IMG/VR virus record: IMGVR_UViG_3300045005_000111 | From: an uncultured virus (IMG/VR IMGVR_UViG_3300045005_000111) | Taxonomy: Duplodnaviria; Heunggongvirae; Uroviricota; Caudoviricetes | Length of the DNA stretch: 20,000 nt | Strand: one strand, 5' to 3' | Program-made: the position numbers and the translations under genes | In this document: positions 6,633 to 14,241 of the stretch, one piece after another | Position numbering within the stretch: position 1 is the stretch's first letter | How the letters are laid out: each line of letters opens with the position of its first letter | The notes under the pieces: model-generated | What the model saw: the letters and a program-made list of their open reading frames with translations, nothing else | What the model was told of the DNA's origin: nothing | Databases searched by the model: none

Positions 6633-9401
6633 TCAGACCACGAGCCGCAACTCGATGTTGTTGATCGGGTACGGCACAGTCAGGTCGATCGTAATGACCA
6701 CGCGGTCCTTGAGCAGGGCGTGTTGTCGCAGCTCCCTGATGTTGTAGCCGACCAGTTGCGGGCCGATACGGGGGGTCCGGTCGACCGACATCTCGTCGAG
6801 GGCCGAGGTGATGGTGTTACGCATCATCAGCAGCACGCCGTCGACCACGTTGCTCTTGCCGATGTACGGCTCGAGAGCGGCGAGCAGAGTGTAGCTGATC
6901 GAGTCCACGTTGACCCGGATCATTTCCTCGCGACGGTTCAGGTCGGTGTTGTCGGTCGTCAACGCGTGACGCGTGATGATCGACCCGTCCTTCGCCTTCA
7001 CCACGATCCACCCGCCGGCGGCCGCGATGGTGTTCAGGTGGACGCTGTTAAGGCTCTTCACCAGCTCCCCGACGTCGTCGATCCCCGCGATCTCGACGTT
7101 CGTCAGACCCTGGTGCGGGTTGACGGCCGACCGAAGGCCGGCGGCAGAACAGGCCAGGAAGTAACCCGGGAAGCTGACACCGGCGTTGCCGACCGTCTCG
7201 TTGACGATCGCGCAAACCCGACGGCTGGACAACCGACCGACTTCATCGACCACCGCCGTCGCCAGCCCGGCGCCCTTCAAGCTCCGCCAGACCTCCACTT
7301 TCTGCGCGACCGAGATGGGAACGTCGTGCCCGTCGGTCAGGCGGAGGGTGTTCTCCGACAGAACTTCGTCGACCGTGAACTCGGTCCAGGTGTCGTTGTC
7401 GAACCCGTCCGTCGAGTACAGGAACCGGACCTTGTCCCCCGGCTCCACGTCGTTGGTCAAAAACTTCGCGTTGCCGGCCGGGACCGACAGCCGGGTGTAC
7501 TGCGTTCCGCTGGTCAGCGGATCGTCGGACAGCGTCGCCAGCGCGACCTCGCCGTCCGAAGTGGTGGCTTCCGAGACGATGGCCTTCTCGTCCGGCACGC
7601 TGATCCCGCAGAACATGCCCCGCCACCGCCCGTTCTCCGGGCTCGACTGCCCTTCGACGTGGGCCTTCCACGCGTCGATGACGGTCTTGTTGGTGGTCAG
7701 CGGGACCAAGTTGTACAGGTCGTCGCGGCCGACCAGGATCTCGAGCGCGTCGAACCAGGTGTCGGTGTCGTTCGGATCCTCGACCGCCGTGAAGCGGACC
7801 GGCTGGCCGTTGCTGTTCTGCAGCGCCATGAAGACGCCCCAGAACAGCGGGTTGTCCGGACTCGCCTGGCCGAGCAGGTCGGGCAGATTCGCCACATCGT
7901 CGGCCGACTCGAACTCGGCGATGTAGGTCGGCAGCCACGCGCGGTAATGGAGGAACAGCTCGCCGCCCTTGAGCGGCAGCGGAAGCTGCTCGCCGTCGTC
8001 GGTCCACGTCGAGTCGTAGAGGGTGATCCCGCTCTCGACAGTGAACTCGGTGTCCGCCTGCGAGTAGTTCGTCAGCGGCGGGCTCGTCACGCGGTTCTTC
8101 TCGATGACGATGTCCTTCTTGATGAACAGCTTCAGGTCGAGGTCGGTCGCGTCCTGAATCTCTTCCGGCAGGTCGTCGGCCAGGATCAGGGTCTGCATCG
8201 ACCCTTCCTTCTCCGCCTCGACCTCGATGTAGTACTTGTCGCCCTTGCACAGGCCGGAGGCGCCGGCAAAGGAGACGGTCACGTCCTTCGTTCCGGCCGC
8301 GAACGCGGTGGACGCGGCGGTGACCTTCGTCGGGCCGCTCTTGTCCACGCCGGTCGTGGTGGTGACGGTGATCTCCGGCTTGTTGGCGAAAGCGCCGCCC
8401 TTCGTGACCTCGATGATGTAGGTGGTGTTCTTGGTGCCGCTGTAGGTGCCGCCGCTGGTCGCGACGGGCGCGGTGAACGCCTGCTTGACGCGCACCTTCC
8501 ACTTCTGGCCGACAACCAGGTCGTCCGGGCTGATGTCTTCGAGCTCGGCCGCCGAAGACGCCGAGTTCGTCTCGACGCGGTCGAACTCGATCTTCAGGCC
8601 CCGTTTGCCGATGAGCGTGAACCCGCCTACCGGCGAAGGCTCGACGTCCGAATCCTGGTCGTGGCCGCTGGCCGTGGTGACGCGCAGGCGGGCCGTGGTC
8701 AGGTCGCCGCTGATCGAGCTGCGGGTGACCTCGATTGTGTAGCTCTCGTCGAGATCGCCCAGCTCGCGACCGTCGTAGCTGGACCCGTCGGCCGTCAGGG
8801 TGATGGTGTTCTTGAGCCCGCTGAGCTCGTCGACCGTCACTTCGTAGCTCTGGTCGTCTTGGTTGGTGTCGGCGTCGGTCGCCGACCCGGTGACCGGGGC
8901 CACCAGATCGCCGGCGAACCCGTTGACGGTGGTCCACAGCTCGAAGCTGTCGCCGCTTCCCGACTCGACGCCACGGACGTACGCCGTGTCGCCGACCTTC
9001 ACGTCGCGGTCGTACAGGCTGTCAGAACGCGGGTAGTCGTCGGTGTTCTTCTTGAACGCGTGGCTCGCCGAGCGAATCCGGTTCTTGTAAGTGGCGACGG
9101 GCACGACGAGGCCGCCCACGGCGATCAGGTCGGCGAAGTACTGCAGCAGAGCGCCGTCGCAGTAGAGCTTGGTGTAGTCGAAGTCGACTTGGGCGCCGTC
9201 GGGGCGTTCGGGCCAGGCGTACGCCTGGTCGGAAATCGGGTCGTACTGGCCGAGGCCGATGACGGCTTTCTCGTCCTCGTCGTCGTAGCGGAACAAGCGG
9301 GCGTGACCGCCTGTGATGTGGGCCTGACGCGGCGCCTCCGTCGCGGTCGGAGCAACGCGGAACTCCTGGTACACCAGGACGCGGGGCAGAACGTACGCCA
9401 T
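6633..9401 (-). CDS. Contractile tail sheath protein, 922 aa
   Basis: N-terminus MAYVLPRVLVYQEF resembles the sheath Y..PGV...E start. The C-terminal sheath domain reads RVNVDSISY...YIGKSN...DRVVITIDLTVPYPINNIELRLVV. Followed by the tube gene. Confidence 0.9.
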   Translation of the reverse strand: MAYVLPRVLVYQEFRVAPTATEAPRQAHITGGHARLFRYDDEDEKAVIGLGQYDPISDQAYAWPERPDGAQVDFDYTKLYCDGALLQYFADLIAVGGLVVPVATYKNRIRSASHAFKKNTDDYPRSDSLYDRDVKVGDTAYVRGVESGSGDSFELWTTVNGFAGDLVAPVTGSATDADTNQDDQSYEVTVDELSGLKNTITLTADGSSYDGRELGDLDESYTIEVTRSSISGDLTTARLRVTTASGHDQDSDVEPSPVGGFTLIGKRGLKIEFDRVETNSASSAAELEDISPDDLVVGQKWKVRVKQAFTAPVATSGGTYSGTKNTTYIIEVTKGGAFANKPEITVTTTTGVDKSGPTKVTAASTAFAAGTKDVTVSFAGASGLCKGDKYYIEVEAEKEGSMQTLILADDLPEEIQDATDLDLKLFIKKDIVIEKNRVTSPPLTNYSQADTEFTVESGITLYDSTWTDDGEQLPLPLKGGELFLHYRAWLPTYIAEFESADDVANLPDLLGQASPDNPLFWGVFMALQNSNGQPVRFTAVEDPNDTDTWFDALEILVGRDDLYNLVPLTTNKTVIDAWKAHVEGQSSPENGRWRGMFCGISVPDEKAIVSEATTSDGEVALATLSDDPLTSGTQYTRLSVPAGNAKFLTNDVEPGDKVRFLYSTDGFDNDTWTEFTVDEVLSENTLRLTDGHDVPISVAQKVEVWRSLKGAGLATAVVDEVGRLSSRRVCAIVNETVGNAGVSFPGYFLACSAAGLRSAVNPHQGLTNVEIAGIDDVGELVKSLNSVHLNTIAAAGGWIVVKAKDGSIITRHALTTDNTDLNRREEMIRVNVDSISYTLLAALEPYIGKSNVVDGVLLMMRNTITSALDEMSVDRTPRIGPQLVGYNIRELRQHALLKDRVVITIDLTVPYPINNIELRLVV

Positions 9402-9404
9402 TTG

Positions 9405-9443
9405 TTTGGCCTCCGTGCCAAAAGTTCGGGTGACTTCCTGTCA
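9405..9443 (-). promoter_or_regulatory. Two GGA-loop hairpins in the sheath leader: TGAC-AGGAA-GTCA (9431-9443) and TTTGGC-ACGGAG-GCCAAA (9405-9422, SD)
   Basis: Read directly from the sequence; the two GGA motifs are 21 nt apart. Confidence 0.75.
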
Positions 9444-9454
9444 GCCGCCCTCGT

Positions 9455-10075
9455 TCACGGCAAGAACGAGGACAAAACCACGCGCTTCAGAGTCGGGGCA
9501 TAGGGTTGCAGCAGCCACTTCTCTTCGGCTGCGTAGCTCACGGTCACCGGGACCGCGTAGTTCTCCCTCGCCTCCTCCAGCTCGAACAGAGCGCCGACGC
9601 CCACCAGAACGAACCGCATCATGTCGAGTTCTTGCCGGATGATCGGCCCGAACTGTAGCAGTTCTCGGTAGACTTCGCCACCCAGAATCTCCGCTTCTGT
9701 ACCGTGTCCTGCGATACAGAACAAGGTGTGCGAGCCGGTGAGGAAGGTCGAGTAGTACCGCTCACCGGTCAATGATACTCCACCCTGCAGTCTGTCGTCT
9801 ATACCGGCCCGCTGCACCTGCCATTCATTCCGTTTGATGATAACCGCCGGTCGTTTCTCGACGAGAGTCGGTTTGTACTTCGTGATCGACTCGATCAGGA
9901 TGTTCGACGAATCGACCTCCTTCCACAGCTTGCCCCGCAACTCCTTGTTCTCAACGAAATCCGGGTTCGAGAAGTGGTACTTGAACCATTCTCGTAGGAA
10001 TCCCGTCATCAGGTGCGGTCGGGGCGCGATCGCGCACCAGTTACTTACCAGCCCTGTTCTGATTTCCGGCGGCAT
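9455..10075 (-). CDS. Probable tail terminator/completion protein, 206 aa
   Basis: Start moved to ATG 10075 (MPPEIRTG) with a purine-rich SD. It sits between the neck genes and the sheath; the 'KRPAVIIKR' segment and beta-rich C-terminus fit tail-terminator proteins. Confidence 0.5.
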   Translation of the reverse strand: MPPEIRTGLVSNWCAIAPRPHLMTGFLREWFKYHFSNPDFVENKELRGKLWKEVDSSNILIESITKYKPTLVEKRPAVIIKRNEWQVQRAGIDDRLQGGVSLTGERYYSTFLTGSHTLFCIAGHGTEAEILGGEVYRELLQFGPIIRQELDMMRFVLVGVGALFELEEARENYAVPVTVSYAAEEKWLLQPYAPTLKRVVLSSFLP

Positions 10076-10238
10076 CCTTGCCCCCTGTCTGGTACGGCGG
10101 GACGTACTTATCTGCCGCCGCAAGCTGTATGCGCCCGTCTGACGACAGACCAAGGGCTGCGTGACACTGCTGGGTCAGCTTTTCGTCGGGCTCCCACTCG
10201 GTGAGCCGGATCCGCTTCGGACTGATCGACTTGATCAT
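10041..10238 (-). CDS. Small hypothetical protein, 65 aa (MIKSISPKRIRLTEWEPDEKL...)
   Basis: ATGA overlap with the upstream stop (10235-10238), GGAGG SD, fills the gap; overlaps the next gene by 35 nt. Confidence 0.55.
   Translation of the reverse strand: MIKSISPKRIRLTEWEPDEKLTQQCHAALGLSSDGRIQLAAADKYVPPYQTGGKDAAGNQNRAGK
10071..10082 (-). promoter_or_regulatory. Hairpin GGC-AAGGAT-GCC (CAAGGAUG) overlapping the start codon
   Basis: Plus strand ggcatccttgcc; C-G-closed ANGGAN hexaloop that includes the AUG. Confidence 0.6.
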
Positions 10239-11056
10239 GTTCCCTCCAGCGGGATCTTGTACGCCCGGTCGGTGAACGGCAGCTCTCGCATGGTCAGCGT
10301 ACTCGCGATCGTGTATCCCCGGTGGACGGCCAAGTCGTTCACGTCGCGGACGATGTACCTCATGTCGCTCCCCTTCACCACGAAAACGTCGTACACGTCG
10401 ATATTCGGGTCGCCGAGAGCCCGGCATCCCTGAACAACGGCCGACTCGGTCGTACCGGCCGCCTGGAGCTGATCCATCTGCTCCTCAGTGTCGACGGGCG
10501 GAATCTCGATGTACACGTCAGGAATGGCCGCGTAGTACCCCTCGACAATACCGGTGCCGTTGCATTCCGGACAGTCCGAGTTGGTCACTTCATCGGTCAG
10601 ACGCTCGACGCAGGTCGTGCATTTGCGGCCGTACCGTTTCCGTTTGAGCAGGTACCCCTGGACGCCGACGAAATCGTCGAGACGGAGCCGCTCCTTGCGG
10701 ATCATTTCGGTGGCGAGTCGCCAGTCGCGGAAATTCAGGTTCTCCTTCGGCGAGACGGCCGACGAGATGTACGTCCTGACCGGGGTCGTAAGAACCACCC
10801 GGTAGTTCCAGTCCTGATTCTTGCCGTATACCCGCTGCTCGTCGTCGACCGCGTAGTACCCGTTGGACACCGACAGACCGATGTCCTCCCAGTCCGACCC
10901 GTCCACGCCGCCGTACGACCCCTGGAGCTGGAAAACATGGGGCAGCGGATCGGTAAACAGCCGGTGGAGCTGCCACTCGACCTTCGCGCCGCCGGTCGTC
11001 GCGTACCGCACCGTGACGCGCTCGAACGGAGTGTTCAGTTTGTCACGCGGCGGCAT
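10235..11056 (-). CDS. Neck/head-closure protein with Zn-finger (CTTC...CPECNGTG), 273 aa
   Basis: KRKRYGRKCTTC...CPECNGTGIVEGY is a motif type seen in myovirus neck proteins; TGATG coupling to the upstream gene; GGAGG SD. Confidence 0.6.
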   Translation of the reverse strand: MPPRDKLNTPFERVTVRYATTGGAKVEWQLHRLFTDPLPHVFQLQGSYGGVDGSDWEDIGLSVSNGYYAVDDEQRVYGKNQDWNYRVVLTTPVRTYISSAVSPKENLNFRDWRLATEMIRKERLRLDDFVGVQGYLLKRKRYGRKCTTCVERLTDEVTNSDCPECNGTGIVEGYYAAIPDVYIEIPPVDTEEQMDQLQAAGTTESAVVQGCRALGDPNIDVYDVFVVKGSDMRYIVRDVNDLAVHRGYTIASTLTMRELPFTDRAYKIPLEGT

Positions 11057-11973
11057 CAGCGGCGTCCTCCGTACGGGGAGCCGTGGGTGCCAGTCCAGCC
11101 CATACGGTTGATGCGGGCCTTCTCCATCTTGACCCAGGTCAGGTAGCTCTGCTCGAGCTCCTGGGCGACGGCCAGATACTCCTGGGCCTTGTTCTTGTCG
11201 TCAAGCTGCACGCCGCCGGCCGAATACGGCAGGTGGTCGCGGCTGTAGTGCTTGGCGGCCAACGAGTACAATTCGGCCATGATCCCGTCGATGAGCGCGT
11301 ACGGGTCGTAGAAGTTGGCCGAGTTGTACATCCTCGTCAGGCGGGGCGGGGTCTTGTTCCAGGTGTGGATCGCGGCGGTCATCGCTTCCACGATCTCGGC
11401 CAGGTCCCACTCGTAATCCTTGAGCAGGAAGTTGCCGTCCTTGTGGTCGCGGAGGTAGGTGCGGATCTCGCTTACCGACGGCACGCCGCCGGACTGCTCT
11501 GCCTGCGCGAACTGGTTGGCCTCGACCAGGACGTACATGCCGTTGGTGAACAACAAATCGCCGTCCGGGGCGAACACCCCCCAGTCGCCGTTCATGATTC
11601 CGGCCAGTTCGGTGGCCTTCTTGGGGATCCGAACCCGGACCGTGCCGCTCGGCGCGTCCATAACCACCGCGTCGGTCTCGACCATCCCCTCGTCGGTATG
11701 GGCGAACGTCTCGTTGAGGCGTAGCTTGATCGACCCCTCGGCAGCGGCCGACGAGGACGTGGAACTCGAGCTGGAGGTCGAACCGAATCCGCAGGAGGTG
11801 AGGTTGACCGGACGACCCTCGGAGTCGCGGATGACGAACTCAACTACCGGGCTGGCGGTCTGAGGGACAGCGACGGCAACGAACTTCGTGAGAACGGGCT
11901 TACCCTCGACTCGCGTGTATCGCGGCTTGACGAGAGCGGCCTCGGGGCAGGTGATGATCGAGGGGTCGGGCAT
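11056..11973 (-). CDS. Head-tail adaptor/neck protein with N-terminal BppU-like beta domain, 305 aa
   Basis: The N-terminal part (VEFVIRDSEGRPVNLT...DAPSGTVRVRIPKKAT..AG) resembles BppU_N. The helical C-terminal part (VSEIRTYLRD...WNKTPP...YSAGGVQLDDK) resembles adaptor proteins. Confidence 0.55.
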   Translation of the reverse strand: MPDPSIITCPEAALVKPRYTRVEGKPVLTKFVAVAVPQTASPVVEFVIRDSEGRPVNLTSCGFGSTSSSSSTSSSAAAEGSIKLRLNETFAHTDEGMVETDAVVMDAPSGTVRVRIPKKATELAGIMNGDWGVFAPDGDLLFTNGMYVLVEANQFAQAEQSGGVPSVSEIRTYLRDHKDGNFLLKDYEWDLAEIVEAMTAAIHTWNKTPPRLTRMYNSANFYDPYALIDGIMAELYSLAAKHYSRDHLPYSAGGVQLDDKNKAQEYLAVAQELEQSYLTWVKMEKARINRMGWTGTHGSPYGGRR

Positions 11974-11983
11974 GGCTAGGTCC

Positions 11984-13240
11984 TCAGATCAAGCACGGCC
12001 CGGGAGCCCGCTGCCCCTTGAGAGCAACGAGATCCGCGAAGACGTACGGAATGTTGTGTGCCTTGTGGAATTCAGAGGGGGACGCGGTCCAGACTCTGAC
12101 TCCCTGAAAACGGCACTGAATCTCCGGGACGTACTTCGCGTACTCCCGATTCGTGTAGTACCAGAACGAGTTCTCGTTCATGAAGTTAACGTGCGTGGGA
12201 TCTTGGAAGGCCCCGCGCCCGTCGCTCGACGGCGTTCCCGACAGAATCCATCCGCCGGGGGCGAGCACGCGGTAGAAGTCGTTCATCGCGAATACGAACT
12301 TCTCCCTCGGAACGTGCTCGAAAAAATCGAAGGCCCGGATAACCCCCACCGAATTATCGGCGAATGGCAGCGGCCCGTCTCCGATCCGGTGGATCACGTC
12401 CGCGTCGACCAGGTCGACCGTCGTGAATCCGGGCGGGGCGTTGTGGGCTCCCCCCAAATCGAGCTTCGCCAGGCCGCTGCGCTCGGCCCACCGCGTAGCA
12501 AGCGGATGGACGTAGCGATTCAGGTTGGCGAGTTGCTGCTTGGCGATCGCGGTTCCCTGGTCGACCGACGTGTTGTTATTTTTCTTGTCAAGAACCCGCC
12601 GGTACATGTACAGACAGTCGGGAACGTACACGAAGGCTACGTCGGCCAGATACGTCCGGCACACCAGGTCGTGGTCGTCACCTACGGCGAGAGTCGGATC
12701 GTGCCCGCCGCTCTTGTAGTACGCGTCGCGGTGCCAGGCCCGGACGTGGTTGGGACAGTAATAGACCTCGCTCAGCGAACGGGCGCAGGGCTCAAACGCT
12801 TTCTGGGCCTGATACTTCTTGCCCTCGTACTCGAAGTCGTAACCCCGCCACCCGTGGAAGTTCGAGTACTCCTCGCTCGTCCCGTTCGGATAGTAGCTGA
12901 CGAAGTCCGAGTAGTAGAACCCGACGCCGGACTTTTCGACCTCGTTCTTGAGTACCATCAGGGCGTTGGGCGTCAGCATGTCGTCGTGGTCGAGTTCGAC
13001 GTACACTTCGCCCGAACAACGCGTACAGGCGTATCGCTTGAGCGCCCCAATCCCCTTGCCGTTCGATGGCGCAATCACGACCCGGCGGTCTTCGCGTATG
13101 ACTGCCGGAATGTCGAACCGCTTCGGGCCGTTGGGCACAATCACCCACTCCCACTGGGTGTACGTCTGCGCGGTCAGCGACCGGTAGCAATCGAGCAGCC
13201 ACCGGGGGTCGTTCGTCGGAGTGAACACGCTGAACTTCAC
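11984..13240 (-). CDS. Family 2 glycosyltransferase fused to a class I SAM-dependent methyltransferase-like domain, 418 aa
   Basis: GT2 motifs FSVFTPT, SLTAQTY.QWEWVIV, ELDHDD (DxD) and GDDHDL. Methyltransferase motifs KLDLGG, LPFADNSV, DFFEHV, YRVLAPGGW and AFQDPTH. Confidence 0.9.
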   Translation of the reverse strand: MKFSVFTPTNDPRWLLDCYRSLTAQTYTQWEWVIVPNGPKRFDIPAVIREDRRVVIAPSNGKGIGALKRYACTRCSGEVYVELDHDDMLTPNALMVLKNEVEKSGVGFYYSDFVSYYPNGTSEEYSNFHGWRGYDFEYEGKKYQAQKAFEPCARSLSEVYYCPNHVRAWHRDAYYKSGGHDPTLAVGDDHDLVCRTYLADVAFVYVPDCLYMYRRVLDKKNNNTSVDQGTAIAKQQLANLNRYVHPLATRWAERSGLAKLDLGGAHNAPPGFTTVDLVDADVIHRIGDGPLPFADNSVGVIRAFDFFEHVPREKFVFAMNDFYRVLAPGGWILSGTPSSDGRGAFQDPTHVNFMNENSFWYYTNREYAKYVPEIQCRFQGVRVWTASPSEFHKAHNIPYVFADLVALKGQRAPGPCLI

Positions 13241-13261
13241 AGTCCGCCCCCTCTCCCCACT

Positions 13262-13293
13262 GAAAAACGAAGCCGGCGGTAATTGCCGCCGGC
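13262..13293 (-). terminator. Rho-independent terminator at the end of the head module
   Basis: mRNA GCCGGCGG-CAAUUA-CCGCCGGC followed by UUCGUUUUU. Confidence 0.75.
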
Positions 13294-13320
13294 CCCTTCC
13301 GGTTACATCGGACGGCCGAC

Positions 13321-13659
13321 TCAGCTCCCGATGGAGCTCGAGTACGCGCCCCAGCTCGGGTCGGTGGCGCTGACCGTGTTGTTGTTGACCTTGATGGTCT
13401 TCGTGACGTCGAGCGTCTCGTCGTAGAACAGCGGCGGCGGGGTGCGGACGATCACCAGATCGCCGTTGTCCAGGGCGTTCAGCAGCGCCCGACGCTTACG
13501 GCCCTGGGTCACGCCCGCGAAAGACTGGCGGGGGTCGCCGTCCAGTTCGTACTCTTCGCCGGCGGCGAGACGCTTGCCGCGAGGGCCGAGGAAGCCGAAG
13601 AACGCTTCCCGCCCGGTCATGTTCCGGACGAGCGTCTTCAGGTTGTCTTTGGCGGCCAT
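13321..13659 (-). CDS. Hypothetical head-module protein, 112 aa
   Basis: ATG with AGGAGG SD; same codon bias as neighbours; ends before the terminator. Confidence 0.75.
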   Translation of the reverse strand: MAAKDNLKTLVRNMTGREAFFGFLGPRGKRLAAGEEYELDGDPRQSFAGVTQGRKRRALLNALDNGDLVIVRTPPPLFYDETLDVTKTIKVNNNTVSATDPSWGAYSSSIGS

Positions 13660-13662
13660 GTT

Positions 13663-13679
13663 CGAGTCCTCCTGACTCG
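13663..13679 (-). promoter_or_regulatory. SD hairpin CGAGTC-AGGAG-GACTCG (GGA pentaloop)
   Basis: Perfect 6-bp stem with a C-G-closed AGGAG loop. Confidence 0.7.
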
Positions 13680-13749
13680 GGGGTGTAAACCGGGTCGGCG
13701 TTCCTGAACGGTGGAGTTACCGCAGGCCGGCCGCCCCGGTAGTGTAGCT

Positions 13750-14133
13750 TCAGCCGGCGAGTTCGCCAGCGAGAGCAGCCTGGAACGTCTTCACCGCCTG
13801 CGCGACCACGGGATCGGCGGCGAGGTTGGCGCTTGCATTCTTGATCAGGCTCTCTTCGTTGGTAGAGCCCTTGTACCCGAGGGCGGCCATCTGCCCGTCG
13901 AGGTTGTGCGCGGCTTGCGCGATGAAGGAGGTCTGGGCCTGCGCCTGCTTGACCTGCTCCTGTTCGCGGACCTGGCTGAGTCGGCTGCCGATGCCGAGGA
14001 GGTACTCGACCTCCTGTTCGTTTTGGGGAACGATCCCGAAGTCGCTCGCCAACTTCTCGAGGAACACCGGGACGTAAATTTCTCGCGTCAGGAACGCGTG
14101 GGCATCCTGCGGAGTCATGGCTTCTTGCGACAT
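13750..14133 (-). CDS. Hypothetical head-associated protein, 127 aa (MSQEAMTPQDAHAFL...)
   Basis: Start moved to ATG 14133 with GGGAGG SD; contains K-x-A motifs (VKQA, IKNA). Confidence 0.75.
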   Translation of the reverse strand: MSQEAMTPQDAHAFLTREIYVPVFLEKLASDFGIVPQNEQEVEYLLGIGSRLSQVREQEQVKQAQAQTSFIAQAAHNLDGQMAALGYKGSTNEESLIKNASANLAADPVVAQAVKTFQAALAGELAG

Positions 14134-14136
14134 GCG

Positions 14137-14150
14137 AGCCCTCCCTGGCT
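14137..14150 (-). promoter_or_regulatory. SD hairpin AGCC-AGGGAG-GGCT (CsrA/RsmA-type site)
   Basis: 4-bp stem with a C-G-closed ANGGAG hexaloop. Confidence 0.7.
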
Positions 14151-14172
14151 GCATTGGGATGTTCGTGTGGAG

Positions 14173-14237
14173 AAGTGGTGACGCCTGTCTTGGCGCCACC
14201 ACTTTTGTTACTTCAGGGCGCCCGGTTCACCCGGGCG
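14173..14237 (-). other. Two tandem hairpins directly after the capsid gene
   Basis: CGCCCGG-5-CCGGGCG (14219-14237) and a 13-bp stem AAGTGGTGGCGCC/GGCGTCACCACTT with one G-U pair on the minus strand (14173-14204). Confidence 0.6.
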
Positions 14238-14241
14238 ATCA

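Noticed and set aside
7243..8937. 564-aa alternative-frame ORF inside the sheath gene
   Set aside because: Arg/His/Pro-rich off-frame product expected from high GC at third codon positions
3416..9401. Extracellular contractile injection system, tailocin or T6SS
   Set aside because: Capsid, protease, scaffold and neck genes are in the same operon, so this is a phage virion module
6552..9503. Long + strand ORFs (983 aa here; also 421-2226, 11888-13282, 16478-17758, 18643-19581)
   Set aside because: They mirror the minus-strand genes and have Arg/Val/Gly-rich composition with no recognisable motifs. They are antisense shadows of GC-rich codon usage.
10041..10238. 65-aa ORF as a phage CsrA homolog (similar size)
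   Set aside because: Lacks the CsrA signatures (MLxLxR..GE.I.IG, VRIGI.AP, HRxE)
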